The position numbers were made by a program, and so were the translations under genes. The notes under the pieces are model-generated. The model was not told where the DNA came from. It saw nothing but the letters and a program-made list of their open reading frames with translations, and searched no databases. Shown here piece after piece: positions 1 to 10,856 of a stretch of DNA of 25,735 bases. The DNA is from Tubiluchus corallicola. Taxonomy: Eukaryota; Animalia; Priapulida. The DNA lies in assembly GCA_030141605.1 (NCBI GenBank), contig JAQGDQ010001780.1, positions 1 through 25,735 of the forward strand, in the 5' to 3' direction. Each line of letters opens with the position of its first letter. The stretch's first letter is position 1.

Positions 1-427
1 AATACAATGCAATGCAATGCATTGCATTGCATTGCATGCGTACGTGCATTATTACGTACATTGATACGTAACGCTACGTACATTGCATTGCGTATGGCAT
101 ACATGCCATGCCATGCCATGCAATGCAACGCAACGAAATTCAATGCCATGCAATGCAATTCAATATAAGGCAATGCAATGCAACGCAATACAATACAATA
201 CAATACAATACGTACGTGCGACAATGTCGATACATTACGTGCAATGCAATGCAATGCAATGCAATGCAATGCAATGCAATGCAATGCAATGCAATACAAT
301 GCAATACAATACAATACAATACAATACAATACAATACAATACAATACAATACAATACAATACAATACAATACAATACAATACAATACAATACAATACAAT
401 ACAATACAATACAATATAATATAATAT
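1..427 (+). repeat. Compound pentamer microsatellite (CAATG)n/(CAATA)n
   Basis: Direct inspection; degenerate over ~35-240. Confidence 0.95.
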
Positions 428-580
428 ACTAGCAATATATATATAGCAAGCATACAAAGAGTTTAAGAGTTTACTTTCAGATATAACTATGGAAAGAAAA
501 ATTCCTCACTGAAAATTATAAATAATTTATTCTTAGGGTAAAAATAATTAATTTTTTGATGTTATCATCTATTATATATA
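240..580 (+). repeat. Direct repeat of ~1838-2160 (microsatellite end plus first ~110 bp of the TIR element)
   Basis: TACTAGCAATATATATATAGCAAGCATACAAAGAGTTTAAGAGTTTACTTTCAG... occurs at 427 and 2001 (offset 1574). Confidence 0.9.
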
Positions 581-1367
581 TATATAATATAATATAATAA
601 AATCAAAATTAATATAATATAAAATAATATAATATAATATCTAAATATTATATATAATATCAATAAATATAAACCTATAATATTTAATATATATTTATAT
701 TATATTATAATATATTATATATTATAATATATATATTATAATATAATATAATCATTATTATAATTATTATATTATATTATATTATATTATTATTATAATT
801 ATTATTATTATATTATTATAATTAATATTATATTAAAAATATATTATATTATATATTATAATCAATAATACAATAAAATACAATAAAATACAATACAATA
901 CAATACAATACAATACAATACAATACAATACAATACAATAAAATACAATACAATACAATACAATACAATATAATATAATATACTAATAATATATATAACT
1001 AACCTTAAATTAATTATTTACATTCAATATAACTATTAAAAAAAATTCATAATAAATTATAAATAATTACATTATTATATAAAAATAATTAATTATATTA
1101 TATTATTATCCATTATATATATAATATATTATAACATCAAAATTAATATTACACTAAATTAATTATAATTATCATAATAAAATCCCATAATCATAAAATA
1201 ATACCTAACCTATAATTAATATATATAATATAATATAATATAATATAATATAATATAATATAATATAATATATTAATATATTATATTAATATTATATTAT
1301 TAATTAATATATATATTATATTATTATTAATATTATTATTATTATTATTATTACTATTAATATTATA
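575..1367. repeat. A/T low-complexity tract with embedded (CAATA)n at ~870-970
   Basis: Almost only A/T; no G on the + strand between 562 and 1371. Confidence 0.85.
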
Positions 1368-2001
1368 CATTGCATTGCAATGCAATACAATACAATACAA
1401 TGCAATGCAATGCAATGCAATGCAATACAATACAATACAATACGATACGATGCGATGCGATGCGATGCGATGCGATGCAATGCAATGCAATGCAATGCCA
1501 TACCATACCATACCATACCATACCATACCATACCATACAATACAATACAATACAATGCAATGCAATGCAATGCAATGCAATGCAATGCAATGCAATGCAA
1601 TGCAATGCAATACAATGCAATACAATGCAATGCAATGCAATGCAATGCATTGCATTGCATTGCATTGCATTGCATTGCGCAATGCAACTGCAATGCAATG
1701 CAATAAATACAATACAAACAATACAATAAATACAATAATACAATACAATACAATACAATACAACAATGCAATGCAATGCATTACGTGCGACGTGCGTACG
1801 TGCATTATGCATTGCAATAAACCATACGTGCAGCCTAATGCAATGCAATGCAATGCAATGCAATGCAATGCAATACAATACAATACAATACAATACAATA
1901 CAATACAATACAATACAATACAATACAATACAATACAATACAATACAATACAATACAATACAATACAATACAATACAATACAATACAATATAATATAATA
2001 T
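1368..2001 (+). repeat. Compound pentamer microsatellite (CAATG, CAATA, CGATG, CCATA, CATTG blocks)
   Basis: Direct inspection; 5-bp period kept across most block changes. Confidence 0.95.
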
Positions 2002-2040
2002 ACTAGCAATATATATATAGCAAGCATACAAAGAGTTTAA

Positions 2041-2900
2041 GAGTTTACTTTCAGATATAACTATGGAAAGAAAAATTCCTCACTGAAAATTATAAATAAT
2101 TACATTCTTAGGGTAAAAATAATTAATTTTTTTGATGTTATCATCTATTATATATATATATATATAATGGATAATAACATCAAAAAAATTGATCCTCTAA
2201 AATGGCTGTCACATTAATTAGAGTCTGCACTTCTGTTTATACCGTCAGGAAGTCGGGATTCACTGGGAGAATTCAATGAGAACCCTAAACAATTTAAGAA
2301 CCCAGACTGGCTACTGAAATTTTTATATCGTTGAAAACGTTTTCTGATCTCTTTCACTATTAAATAAATTTTTCATCTCAGGTGAAGAGCCTGCATAATG
2401 GCAATAGAGCCTACTCTACGTTATTCTTGCGTGTTTATCCACAATTCACACTCAATCATGTTAACAACTATCTGCCCACATTAGATGCTTGAATATGTTC
2501 ATCTCATGAAGAGGTGTGCTCTTAACGAGCAATTTTGATCAATACATCGGCAACTATTTCGTAACGAGATGGACAGCTGTGTATATATACAGATAGCATG
2601 AAACCCGTTGAAACCGTGAGGTGGGCTTGAAACATAAATGTTCATCGTTATCCTCAAGGGTTTTTCTTATTCACAGCTGTTAATGGAAGTGAATGCCTTT
2701 ATAATCAAGGTTAGGACAATTTCGTCGTACTAAACAGCAAGCAACTAAAGATGCATGAATGATTATCACCATTACTCCTGGGAAACTTGAAGTCTATTCT
2801 GAACTAGCTCACAATGAGACTTTTATCCTAAAAAACGTAATTATTTATAATTTTCAGTGAGGACTTTTTCTATCCATAGTTATAACTGAAAGTAAATCAG
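2041..2900. mobile_element. Putative non-autonomous DNA transposon with ~75-bp terminal inverted repeats
   Basis: 2044-2118 (TTTACTTTCAGATATAACTATGGAAAGAAAAATTCCTCACTGAAAATTATAAATAATTAC...) is the imperfect reverse complement of 2821-2896. TTAA lies just outside both ends (2037-2040, 2901-2904). The extreme termini do not match, so the boundaries are uncertain. Confidence 0.6.
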
Positions 2901-2920
2901 TTAAAATACACGTTCAGGTT

Positions 2921-2937
2921 ACACGTACACGTACGCG

Positions 2938-2976
<39 letters not shown>

Positions 2977-3103
2977 TCTTGTACATTTAATCGTAGTACT
3001 AATGTGTGTATAATATAATATATGTTATCTATAATATAATATAATATAATATACACACGTACGTACGTATGTATGTATGTATGTATGTATGTATGTATGT
3101 ATG

Positions 3104-3137
<34 letters not shown>

Positions 3138-3255
3138 TGTATGTATGTATGTATGTATGTATGTATGTATGTATGTATGTATGTATGTATGTATGTATGT
3201 ATGTATGTATGTATGTATGTATATACATATGCTTGTATATATATATATATATACA
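2921..3255 (+). repeat. (CA)n, (TAATA)n, (TATG)n and (TA)n microsatellites
   Basis: (CA)n ~2942-2969; (TATG)n ~3068-3220. Confidence 0.95.
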
Positions 3256-3780
3256 TATGCTTGTACATTTAATCGTAGTACTAATGTGTATTATATGTAT
3301 TATGTGTTACTGGCACCTTTTTAAGAACAAGACTTAAAAGACTTTTAAGCTTTTAAGCTTTTTAAGTGCTGCATGCCAGATTTTCTCTGTCTTTGAAATT
3401 CTAATACTGCCTCAAAGTATTTGAATAAATAAAGTATAAAACTATCCATAGTGTTGTGATACAAAGATATGCCGTTAGACGAACAACGCGTTGAGTTTTT
3501 TGAAAAATATTGCTGAAAAGTTATGAGAACTTTATTTCGCCATATTTTTTCATCAGGTAGACTCTCGACAACAAAAACATCTCTATTTTACAAGTTATTA
3601 GCTACATTCACAAGTGTTTTGATGCCTGAAGATTAAAAACAAAAGTAGGTTTATTTAAACAAACTTGGCATTTCCAGTTCCTAATTTTTGCTAGCAGATT
3701 TTTAATTGATAATAGCATTTTTATTATTTTTAATTTTGACTCTTATAGTGCTACTATGCGCTAGTGCTAGGTCAAGTTTG

Positions 3781-5519
3781 TTTATTCTCCGTCTGCTTAG
3801 TATTTCTTACGACGTGTGCTATCTTTGCAGATAGACTGGCAACGTAGTATAGTTTATTCTCCGTCTGCTTAGTATTTCTTACGACGTGTGCTATCTGTGC
3901 AGATAGACTGGCAACGTAGTATAGTTTATTCTCTTACTTATTTCTTACGACGTGTGCTATCTTTGCAGATAGACTGGCAACGTAGTATAGTTTATTCTCC
4001 GTCTGCTTAGTATTTCTTACGACGTGTGCTATCTGTGCAGATAGACTGGCAACGTAGTATAGTTTATTCTCCGTCTGCTTAGTATTTCTTACGACGTGTG
4101 CTATCTTTGCAGATAGACTGGCAACGTAGTATAGTTTATTCTCCGTCTGCTTAGTATTTCTTACGACGTGTGCTATCTTTGCAGATAGACTGGCAACGTA
4201 GTATAGTTTATTCTCCCCACCACCACCAAAACCAACAAAACCGTCTGCTTAGTATTTCTTACGACGTGTGCTATCTTTGCAGATAGACTGGCAACGTAGT
4301 ATAGTTTATTCTCCGTCTGCTTAGTATTTCTTTACCAAAACCAACAAAACCCCCAACCACCAAAACCAACAAAACTCCGTCTGCTTAGTATTTCTTACGA
4401 CGTGTGCTATCTTTGCAGATAGACTGGCAACGTAGTATAGTTTATTCTCCGTCTGCTTAGTATTTCTTACGACGTGTGCTATCTTTGCAGATAGACTGGC
4501 AACGTAGTATAGTTTATTCTCCGTCTGCTTAGTATTTCTTACGACGTGTGCTATCTTTGCAGATAGACTGGCAACGTAGTATAGTTTATTCTCCGTCTGC
4601 TTAGTATTTCTTACGACGTGTGTTATCTTTGCAGATAGACTGGCAACGTAGTATAGTTTATTCTCCGTCTGCTTAGTATTTCTCACGACGTGTGCTATCT
4701 TTGCAGATAGACTGGCAACGTAGTATAGTTTATTCTCCGTCTGCTTAGTATTTCTTACGACGTGTGCTATCTTTGCAGATAGACTGGCAACGTAGTATAG
4801 TTTATTCTCCGTCTGCTTAGTATTTCTTACGATGTGTGCTATCTTTGCAGATAGACTGGCAACGTAGTATAGTTTATTCTCCGTCTGCTTAGTATTTCTT
4901 ACGACGTGTGCTATCTTTGCAGATAGACTGGCAACGTAGTATAGTTTATTCTCCGTCTGCTTAGTATTTCTTACGACGTGTGCTATCTTTGCAGATAGAC
5001 TGGCAACGTAGTATAGTTTATTCTCCGCCTGCTTAGTATTTCTTACGACGTGTGCTATCTTTGCAGATAGACTGGCAACGTAGTATAGTTTATTCTCCGT
5101 CTGCTTAGTATTTCTTACGATGTGTGCTATCTTTGCAGATAGACTGGCAACGTAGTATAGTTTATTCTCCGTCTGCTTAGTATTTCTTACGATGTGTGCT
5201 ATCTTTGCAGATAGACTGGCAACGTAGTATAGTTTATTCTCCGTCTGCTTAGTATTTCTTGCGACGTGTGCTATCTTTGCAGATAGACTGGCAACGTAGT
5301 ATAGTTTATTCTCCGCCTGCTTAGTATTTCTTACGACGTGTGCTATCTTTGCAGATAGACTGGCAACGTAGTATAGTTTATTCTCCGTCTGCTTAGTATT
5401 TCTTACGATGTGTGCTATCTTTGCAGATAGACTGGCAACGTAGTATAGTTTATTCTCCGCCTGCTTAGTATTTCTTACGACGTGTGCTATCTTTGCAGAT
5501 AGACTGGCAACGTAGTATA
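3781..5519 (+). repeat. 72-bp tandem array, ~24 units
   Basis: Unit TTTATTCTCCGTCTGCTTAGTATTTCTTACGACGTGTGCTATCTTTGCAGATAGACTGGCAACGTAGTATAG, near-identical copies with no spacers. Confidence 0.97.
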
Positions 5520-5626
5520 TATTACCCTGGTATAGAACGCTATAAATTTTACAACAGAAATCAAAACCGTCTTGGCAAAGTTATTTATTCTTTCATAAAA
5601 TAGAAATCAGTTTACTTCATCGATTT

Positions 5627-6278
5627 CAGGGCTGGAACTAGATGTGGCAAGCGGGGGGGGGGGCGGAAAAATTTTCTGGGGGGGGCGAGGTATCCGAAGT
5701 GGTTAAATAATGGTTAAGCCAATTTTAACGCCTTTTATACTGCATGCAGGCATATAATTAGCATGTGTGTAGGACGGCGTAGCGGAGAGAGCAATAATGA
5801 GAAAATTAACTCTCTGTTAACCTAACGTTATTAATGTGCCTCTAACTAAATTGTTATTTACAGAAATTTTTCACACACAAGTTTTAAGAAAATAATACGC
5901 AGGAAATAATGTGGAACTATACTTCCTTGGACAAAAAAGTCTAAAGTGTTCAAAAAGTCTCAAATTTCAGCATGGTACCGCTACCACACCAGCATCCTAT
6001 AGCTGTGTTGGCCTGTGTGTAGAGCCTGTGACTGTGTGTGGTCCCTGTAGGCCTACACTGTGATAGGCACCTCTATGCACACTGAGTTTTGTCTGCACGC
6101 ACACTGAAGCTACCAAACATTTTTTTTACCTAATTCTAATTCATATTGAAAATGATTACATGCGAACTGCAATTTTCACTGCAAAAAATATTTGTCCGAT
6201 TTTGCAGTGGGGGGGGGGCGCATATTTTGACAGGGGGCGCCCCCCCCCCCACTCTCGCTCCCCCTAGTTCCGCTCCTG
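5627..6278. mobile_element. Non-autonomous hAT-type DNA transposon (652 bp)
   Basis: Imperfect 15-bp TIRs CAGGGCTGGAACTAG ... CTAGTTCCGCTCCTG; perfect 8-bp direct TSD ATCGATTT at 5619-5626 and 6279-6286; G/C-run subterminal regions; no transposase ORF. CAG termini with an 8-bp TSD are hAT hallmarks. Confidence 0.88.
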
Positions 6279-6711
6279 ATCGATTTCTGTGTAATCATTT
6301 TTCTGATTGTAAATTGTCAAAAACCCAAATGAAAATTGACATCAAGACACAATTAATTTAAGTCCCGATCATAATGATTAGTTCATTGAATTCCTATTGA
6401 ATGATTTGTAAAAAAACCAACAAACTTATAAAATTCAGTCTCACAATCACGTAGTGTTTAAACAATGTCATTGTTGCCCGTTTACTTTGTCACAAGTCCA
6501 CAAAGGTCGCCATGGTGATAACACTGTTCTTTTCCTTCTTCGAAGTGAACACGTGACCTAATCCCAGCTATCTCAGTGGCCAGAATTATTGAGTCCTCCT
6601 TACGATAGAGATTAAAACATGCGTCTATCACGTGTCATAGAATCGCATAGTATGTATTGTTCGCGCGGTGAGTTTTATACGTACGCGTCTGGCTCATGCG
6701 ACAAGATCACA

Positions 6712-7818
6712 CCGTATTAGGACTTGAGAAACACAGCAAACTGTGGCCTGAGTGAAAGAAAGAACAGCAGAAGTGCCTGCAGTACTCGGGAGTCTGTCAC
6801 GTTGACACAGTATTGGGACTTAAGAAGCAGGGCAGACACACAGCAGGCCTGAGTGAAAGAAAGAAGAGCAGAAGTGCCTGCGGTATTGGGGAGTCTGTCA
6901 CGTTGACACAGTATTAGGACTTAAGAAGCACGGCAGACACACAGCAGGCCTGAGTGAAAGAAAGAAGAGCAGAAGTGCCTGCGGTATTGGGGAGTCTGTC
7001 ACGTTGACACAGTATTAGGACTTAAGAAGCAGGGCAGACACACAACAGGCCTGAGTGAAAGAAAGAACGGCAGAAGTGCCTGCGGTACTCGGGAGTCTGT
7101 CACGTTGACACAGTATTAGGACTTAAGAAGCAGGGCAGACACACAACAGGCCTGAGTGAAAGAAAGAAGAGCAGAAGTGCCTGCGGTATTGGGGAGTCTG
7201 TCACGTTGACACAGTATTAGGACTTAAGAAGCAGGGCAGACACACAACAGGCCTGAGTGAAAGAAAGAACGGCAGAAGTGCCTGCGGTACTCGGGAGTCT
7301 GTCACGTTGACACAGTATTAGGACTTAAGAAGCACGGCAGACACACAGCAGGCCTGAGTGAAAGAAAGAAGAGCAGAAGTGCCTGCGGTACTCGGGAGTC
7401 TTTCACGTTGACACAGTATTAGGACTTAAGAAGCACGGCAGACACACAGCAGGCCTGAGTGAAAGAAAGAAGAGCAGAAGTGCCTGCGGTACTCGGGAGT
7501 CTGTCACGTTGACACAGGATTAGGACTTAAGACGCACGGCAGACACACAGCAGGCCTGAGTGAAAGAAAGAAGAGCAGAAGTGCCTGCGGTACTCGGGAG
7601 TCTGTCACGTTGACACAGGATTAGGACTTAAGACGCACGGCAGACACACAGCAGGCCTGAGTGAAAGAAAGAAGAGCAGAAGTGCCTGCGGTATTGGGGA
7701 GTCTGTCACGTTGACACAGTATTAGGACTTAAGAAGCAGGGCAGACACACACCAGGCCTGAGTGAAAGAAAGAAGAGCAGAAGTGCCTGCGGTACTCGGG
7801 AGTCTGTCACGTTAACAC
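6712..7818 (+). repeat. 101-bp tandem array, ~11 units
   Basis: GTTGACACAG recurs at 6801, 6902, 7003, 7104 and so on; the first unit is degenerate. Confidence 0.96.
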
Positions 7819-8333
7819 TCTTAGACGTGTGGGCAAATCAATACAAATTCAACGCAGCAATTAAACTAAAAGTGGTTTAAACGTCGCGAAGAGGACGAAC
7901 ATCACCAGGGAGTTAGAGTCGTGGTCAGTAGAACCTGCAAAGTTTATTCTGCTGTAACAGCCATGGTATTCTTACTTTTGGCTATTTCGTTTTGATAAAC
8001 TTAGCACGCCTTAAACTGTCACTTTCCTTCGCTGCAAGTTACTTTGCATAAAACAGCTAGAGTCCTACATCAGTAGAAAACAGACGTGTGTTTGGCAAAA
8101 TCAATTATCTGTATTAATCTTCTTGTCGTTTTACTACATCTAAGCCAATTACTTAGATTTTTTTTAAATAAATAATTAATTTTATTGGCTTCTTATGTAT
8201 ATTAAGTAATGTATTTGTTTTATGTAGGTATCTTCAATTTACATATTCATATGCATATGCAACTTACGTATGTCTTTCTATTCTGAAAACATGAAGTTGA
8301 CAGCAAGCTGCATTTAGCAGGGATTTAGTAAGC

Positions 8334-8405
8334 GGGGATGTAGCTCAGTGGTAGAGCGTTCGCTTTGCATGCGAAAGGCCCGGGGTTCGATACCCCGCAT
8401 CTCCA
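8334..8405 (+). tRNA. tRNA-Ala (anticodon TGC)
   Basis: 72-nt cloverleaf: acceptor GGGGATG/CATCTCC with the G3:U70 alanine identity pair and discriminator A; D-stem GCTC/GAGC; anticodon stem TTCGC/GCGAA with TGC at 8366-8368; T-stem CGGGG/CCCCG with loop TTCGATA. No encoded CCA; internal A and B boxes present. Confidence 0.97.
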
Positions 8406-8411
8406 TTTTTT
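8406..8411 (+). terminator. RNA polymerase III terminator (T6)
   Basis: TTTTTT immediately 3' of the tRNA discriminator base. Confidence 0.8.
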
Positions 8412-9010
8412 AATCCCTTTATAACCTTTTGGTAACGTATAACAGGTTGGTCTTTGCAATACCGTCTTCACAATTCCGGAGTCGCGTTATATGCGCCTGT
8501 TATTGCTCATTTAGATCTAAAAAAGGTAGATAATAAAGTCTTCAAGGCAGAAGATCTCAGATTAAGAGCAAGTTTGCTTGGAGAATATACTTTTTCGTCT
8601 GGGAACAAGTTGCAACACCAACAGATAAGGTGGTCTGACGTAAACCATGGCCAACTCGAGCAGTTGCCCCCCACCACCTATGCATGCGTGCGTACGTACG
8701 TACCGCACATACATATTTGGATTTCTTTTATGACAGCAGCCCTTTAGGAGGTGGACCCCACTGGCTGATTGGCGTTTGCTGATTTATGTAATACGACTTT
8801 TTAGTATTAAATAAAAACTGTTGCTGACCATACAAGCTATATTATATAATACTAATCTCAGCATTTAACAACATGCGTGAATTATATATATGGCTTCATG
8901 AAGCATCAACACATTACTAACAAGGAAAATATTTCAGACATATCAGCAAGTTTATGACTTAATATTTGTACGCAAAACACAAACGTATGCTTACAGCCTT
9001 TAACTGAACT

Positions 9011-9591
9011 TTAAACGCAAAAAGGCAGCACTGTTACATCGTCCACAGCATTCACAATGTCTGAAAAAGCACACCCAGCTGATGTTAGTTCTACAGTGCT
9101 TTTACTATAGGTTTGACACGTCGAATGTAGACACAGGAAAGTTCAAATGTGACTTAGGTAAGTCAAATGTAGACATAGGAATTTCGAATGTGTTTTGGTA
9201 ACTCAAATGTGACTTAGGTAAGACAAATGTAGACATAGGACATTTGACTTGACATGTGTCTACATTTGATATACCAAAAACGCTTAAGATTTGTTGAAAA
9301 CCATTGTTAACACATTTGAACTGCCTAAGTCAACATTTGAGTTACCAAGACACATTTGAATTACCTAAATCTACATTTGACTTAACGTATGTCTACATTT
9401 GACGTGTAAAACCTATAGATGGCAGCAAAAACAGTGCTAACGACATTATTAAACGCAAAAAAGGCAGCACTGTTACATCGTCCACAGCATTCACAATGTC
9501 TGAAAAAGCACACCCGGCTGATATTAGTTCTACAGTGCTTTTACCAGATGGCAGCAAAAACAGTGCTAACGACATTATTAAACGCAAAAAA
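9011..9591 (+). repeat. 129-bp tandem duplication (~2 units), first unit interrupted by a MITE
   Basis: ATGGCAGCAAAAACAGTGC at 9419 and 9548; AAACGCAAAAA occurs three times. Mirror at ~17462-17992. Confidence 0.9.
9108..9415. mobile_element. MITE with TA TSD (Tc1/mariner-like), short form, 308 bp
   Basis: TIRs TAGGTTTGACACGTCGAATGTAGAC ... GTCTACATTTGACGTGTAAAACCTA flanked by TA on both sides; internal TCAAATGTAGAC/TCAAATGTGAC sub-repeats switch orientation mid-element; empty site visible in the adjacent 129-bp duplicate (TTTTAC-CA-GATGGC, ~9539-9552). Confidence 0.85.
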
Positions 9592-10225
9592 CGTGAAACG
9601 TTTACTTTTCCATAACGCTGACCAAGCCATGCGAGCAAATCAGCGAACAAGCCTACTGTCAAACATAGCGTATCTTCACTGAAAGATATTGATCCAAACT
9701 AACGATTTCTGTGTTTTGAATGATTACAGTACACACGCCAACCTACACGCACGCATGCACGTGCAAGAGACAAGTGGTGTGAGCCAAAATGCAAGTTCTT
9801 CTGCAAGACAGAAAGCTCCTTGAGGATTTCTCGAGTAATATGTCACTTACATGTAAATGTAGTACGCTGAAACAACTTTAAGGAGGATGCAGCCGAGATA
9901 AAGTGCAACCATGCAAAGCAATTCGCTGAATCGAGGAAATTGGAGAAACATGCGTTACAAAAAAAACTTGAATCCTCAAATGAGGACTATGATTGGAGAA
10001 AGAACAGACACAATGATTGAAATCGTCTTCGTGAAGCCCTACAAGGCAGTTGCTTTTCAATCAATCAATGTAAATAAATTATTAAAATTATTAAAATAAT
10101 TGATACATGTGCAGAAAGAAAGATTTATAGAAATTCAAAGTTCAAATAATTAATAAATTAATATTTAACATTTTTGGGGACCAAAAAGCATTTATGGCTT
10201 GCGGGAATGTTAATAAAATGTATTA

Positions 10226-10856
10226 TAGGTTTCACACATCAAATGTAGACACACTAAAGTTCAAATGTGACTTAGGTAAGTCAAATGTAGATGCATTACT
10301 TTGAATAAATCGGTAATTAACTGATCTAAGTGCAAATTACAAAAAGATAAACCAAAGATAGTCATCACCTCTTTCATAACTTTTAAAAATGCGTTGTTTA
10401 TCCTCAAACTGAATTTTTTGATAAACCATAACCATAGAATTCTACATTTTATTTGCCAACGTTCTACAAAAAATGTCGGCAGAAAAGAATAAATTGGTTC
10501 CCACTTCCCAATGAACAGTGAATCACTAATTAGTTTTTTAAGTAATGCATTAACACTGCATTAATGAATTAGTTTCTCTCAAGAAACATTGTTTATTTTA
10601 AGAATGTATTGTTTTCTCTAACAGTTCCAATGGTATGTAAAGTTTACAGAATATTAGTGAACTATTAGTAGGCCTATAAAGTTATTATTTTCACAGCAGT
10701 TATTAAATTGAGATTAAAGGAGATTAAATTTAACATCCTTAAGCTTTACTACCTATCCACATTTCAGATACCAATGTCACATTTGACTTGACATGTGTCT
10801 ACATTTGACTTACCAAAAACGTTTAATATTTCTTGAAAACCATTGAACTACCTAAA
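10226..10856. mobile_element. MITE long form, truncated mirror copy
   Basis: Starts TA-TAGGTTTCACACATCAAATGTAGAC; lacks the last 86 bp, including the second TIR that is present at 16111-16196. Confidence 0.8.

Larger units (their letters stand above)
1840..10856 (+). repeat. Left arm of ~9 kb inverted duplication
   Basis: Reverse complement of 16197-~25090. Mirror ORF pairs 9419..9682/17371..17634 and 9911..10099/16954..17142 encode identical peptides; tRNA, arrays and transposons occur in mirror order. The outer edge is fuzzy because it lies in microsatellite. Confidence 0.95.

Noticed and set aside
83-3337. Long ORFs of (QYNTI)n, (LYCIV)n, (MYVC)n type, and the equivalents at 23036-25693
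   Set aside because: Stop-free translations of penta- and tetranucleotide microsatellites, open in several frames on both strands.
4217-4374. Two C/A-only inserts (CCACCACCAAAACCAACAAAA-like) in the 72-bp array, considered as telomere-like additions or spacers
   Set aside because: No regular telomeric unit, absent from the mirror array, and two-letter composition suggests consensus error. Not confirmable without reads.
4321-4686. 121-aa ORF with a 24-aa repeat
   Set aside because: Translation of the 72-bp satellite; the start codon and C-terminus come from a unit variant and an anomalous insert.
8454-8747. 97-aa ORF and its 111-aa mirror (18213..18548)
   Set aside because: TTG start, no recognisable domain, and the two copies differ by a frameshifting indel.
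8334-8800. tRNA-derived SINE
   Set aside because: The cloverleaf is intact and directly followed by a Pol III terminator; no SINE body, tail or TSD.
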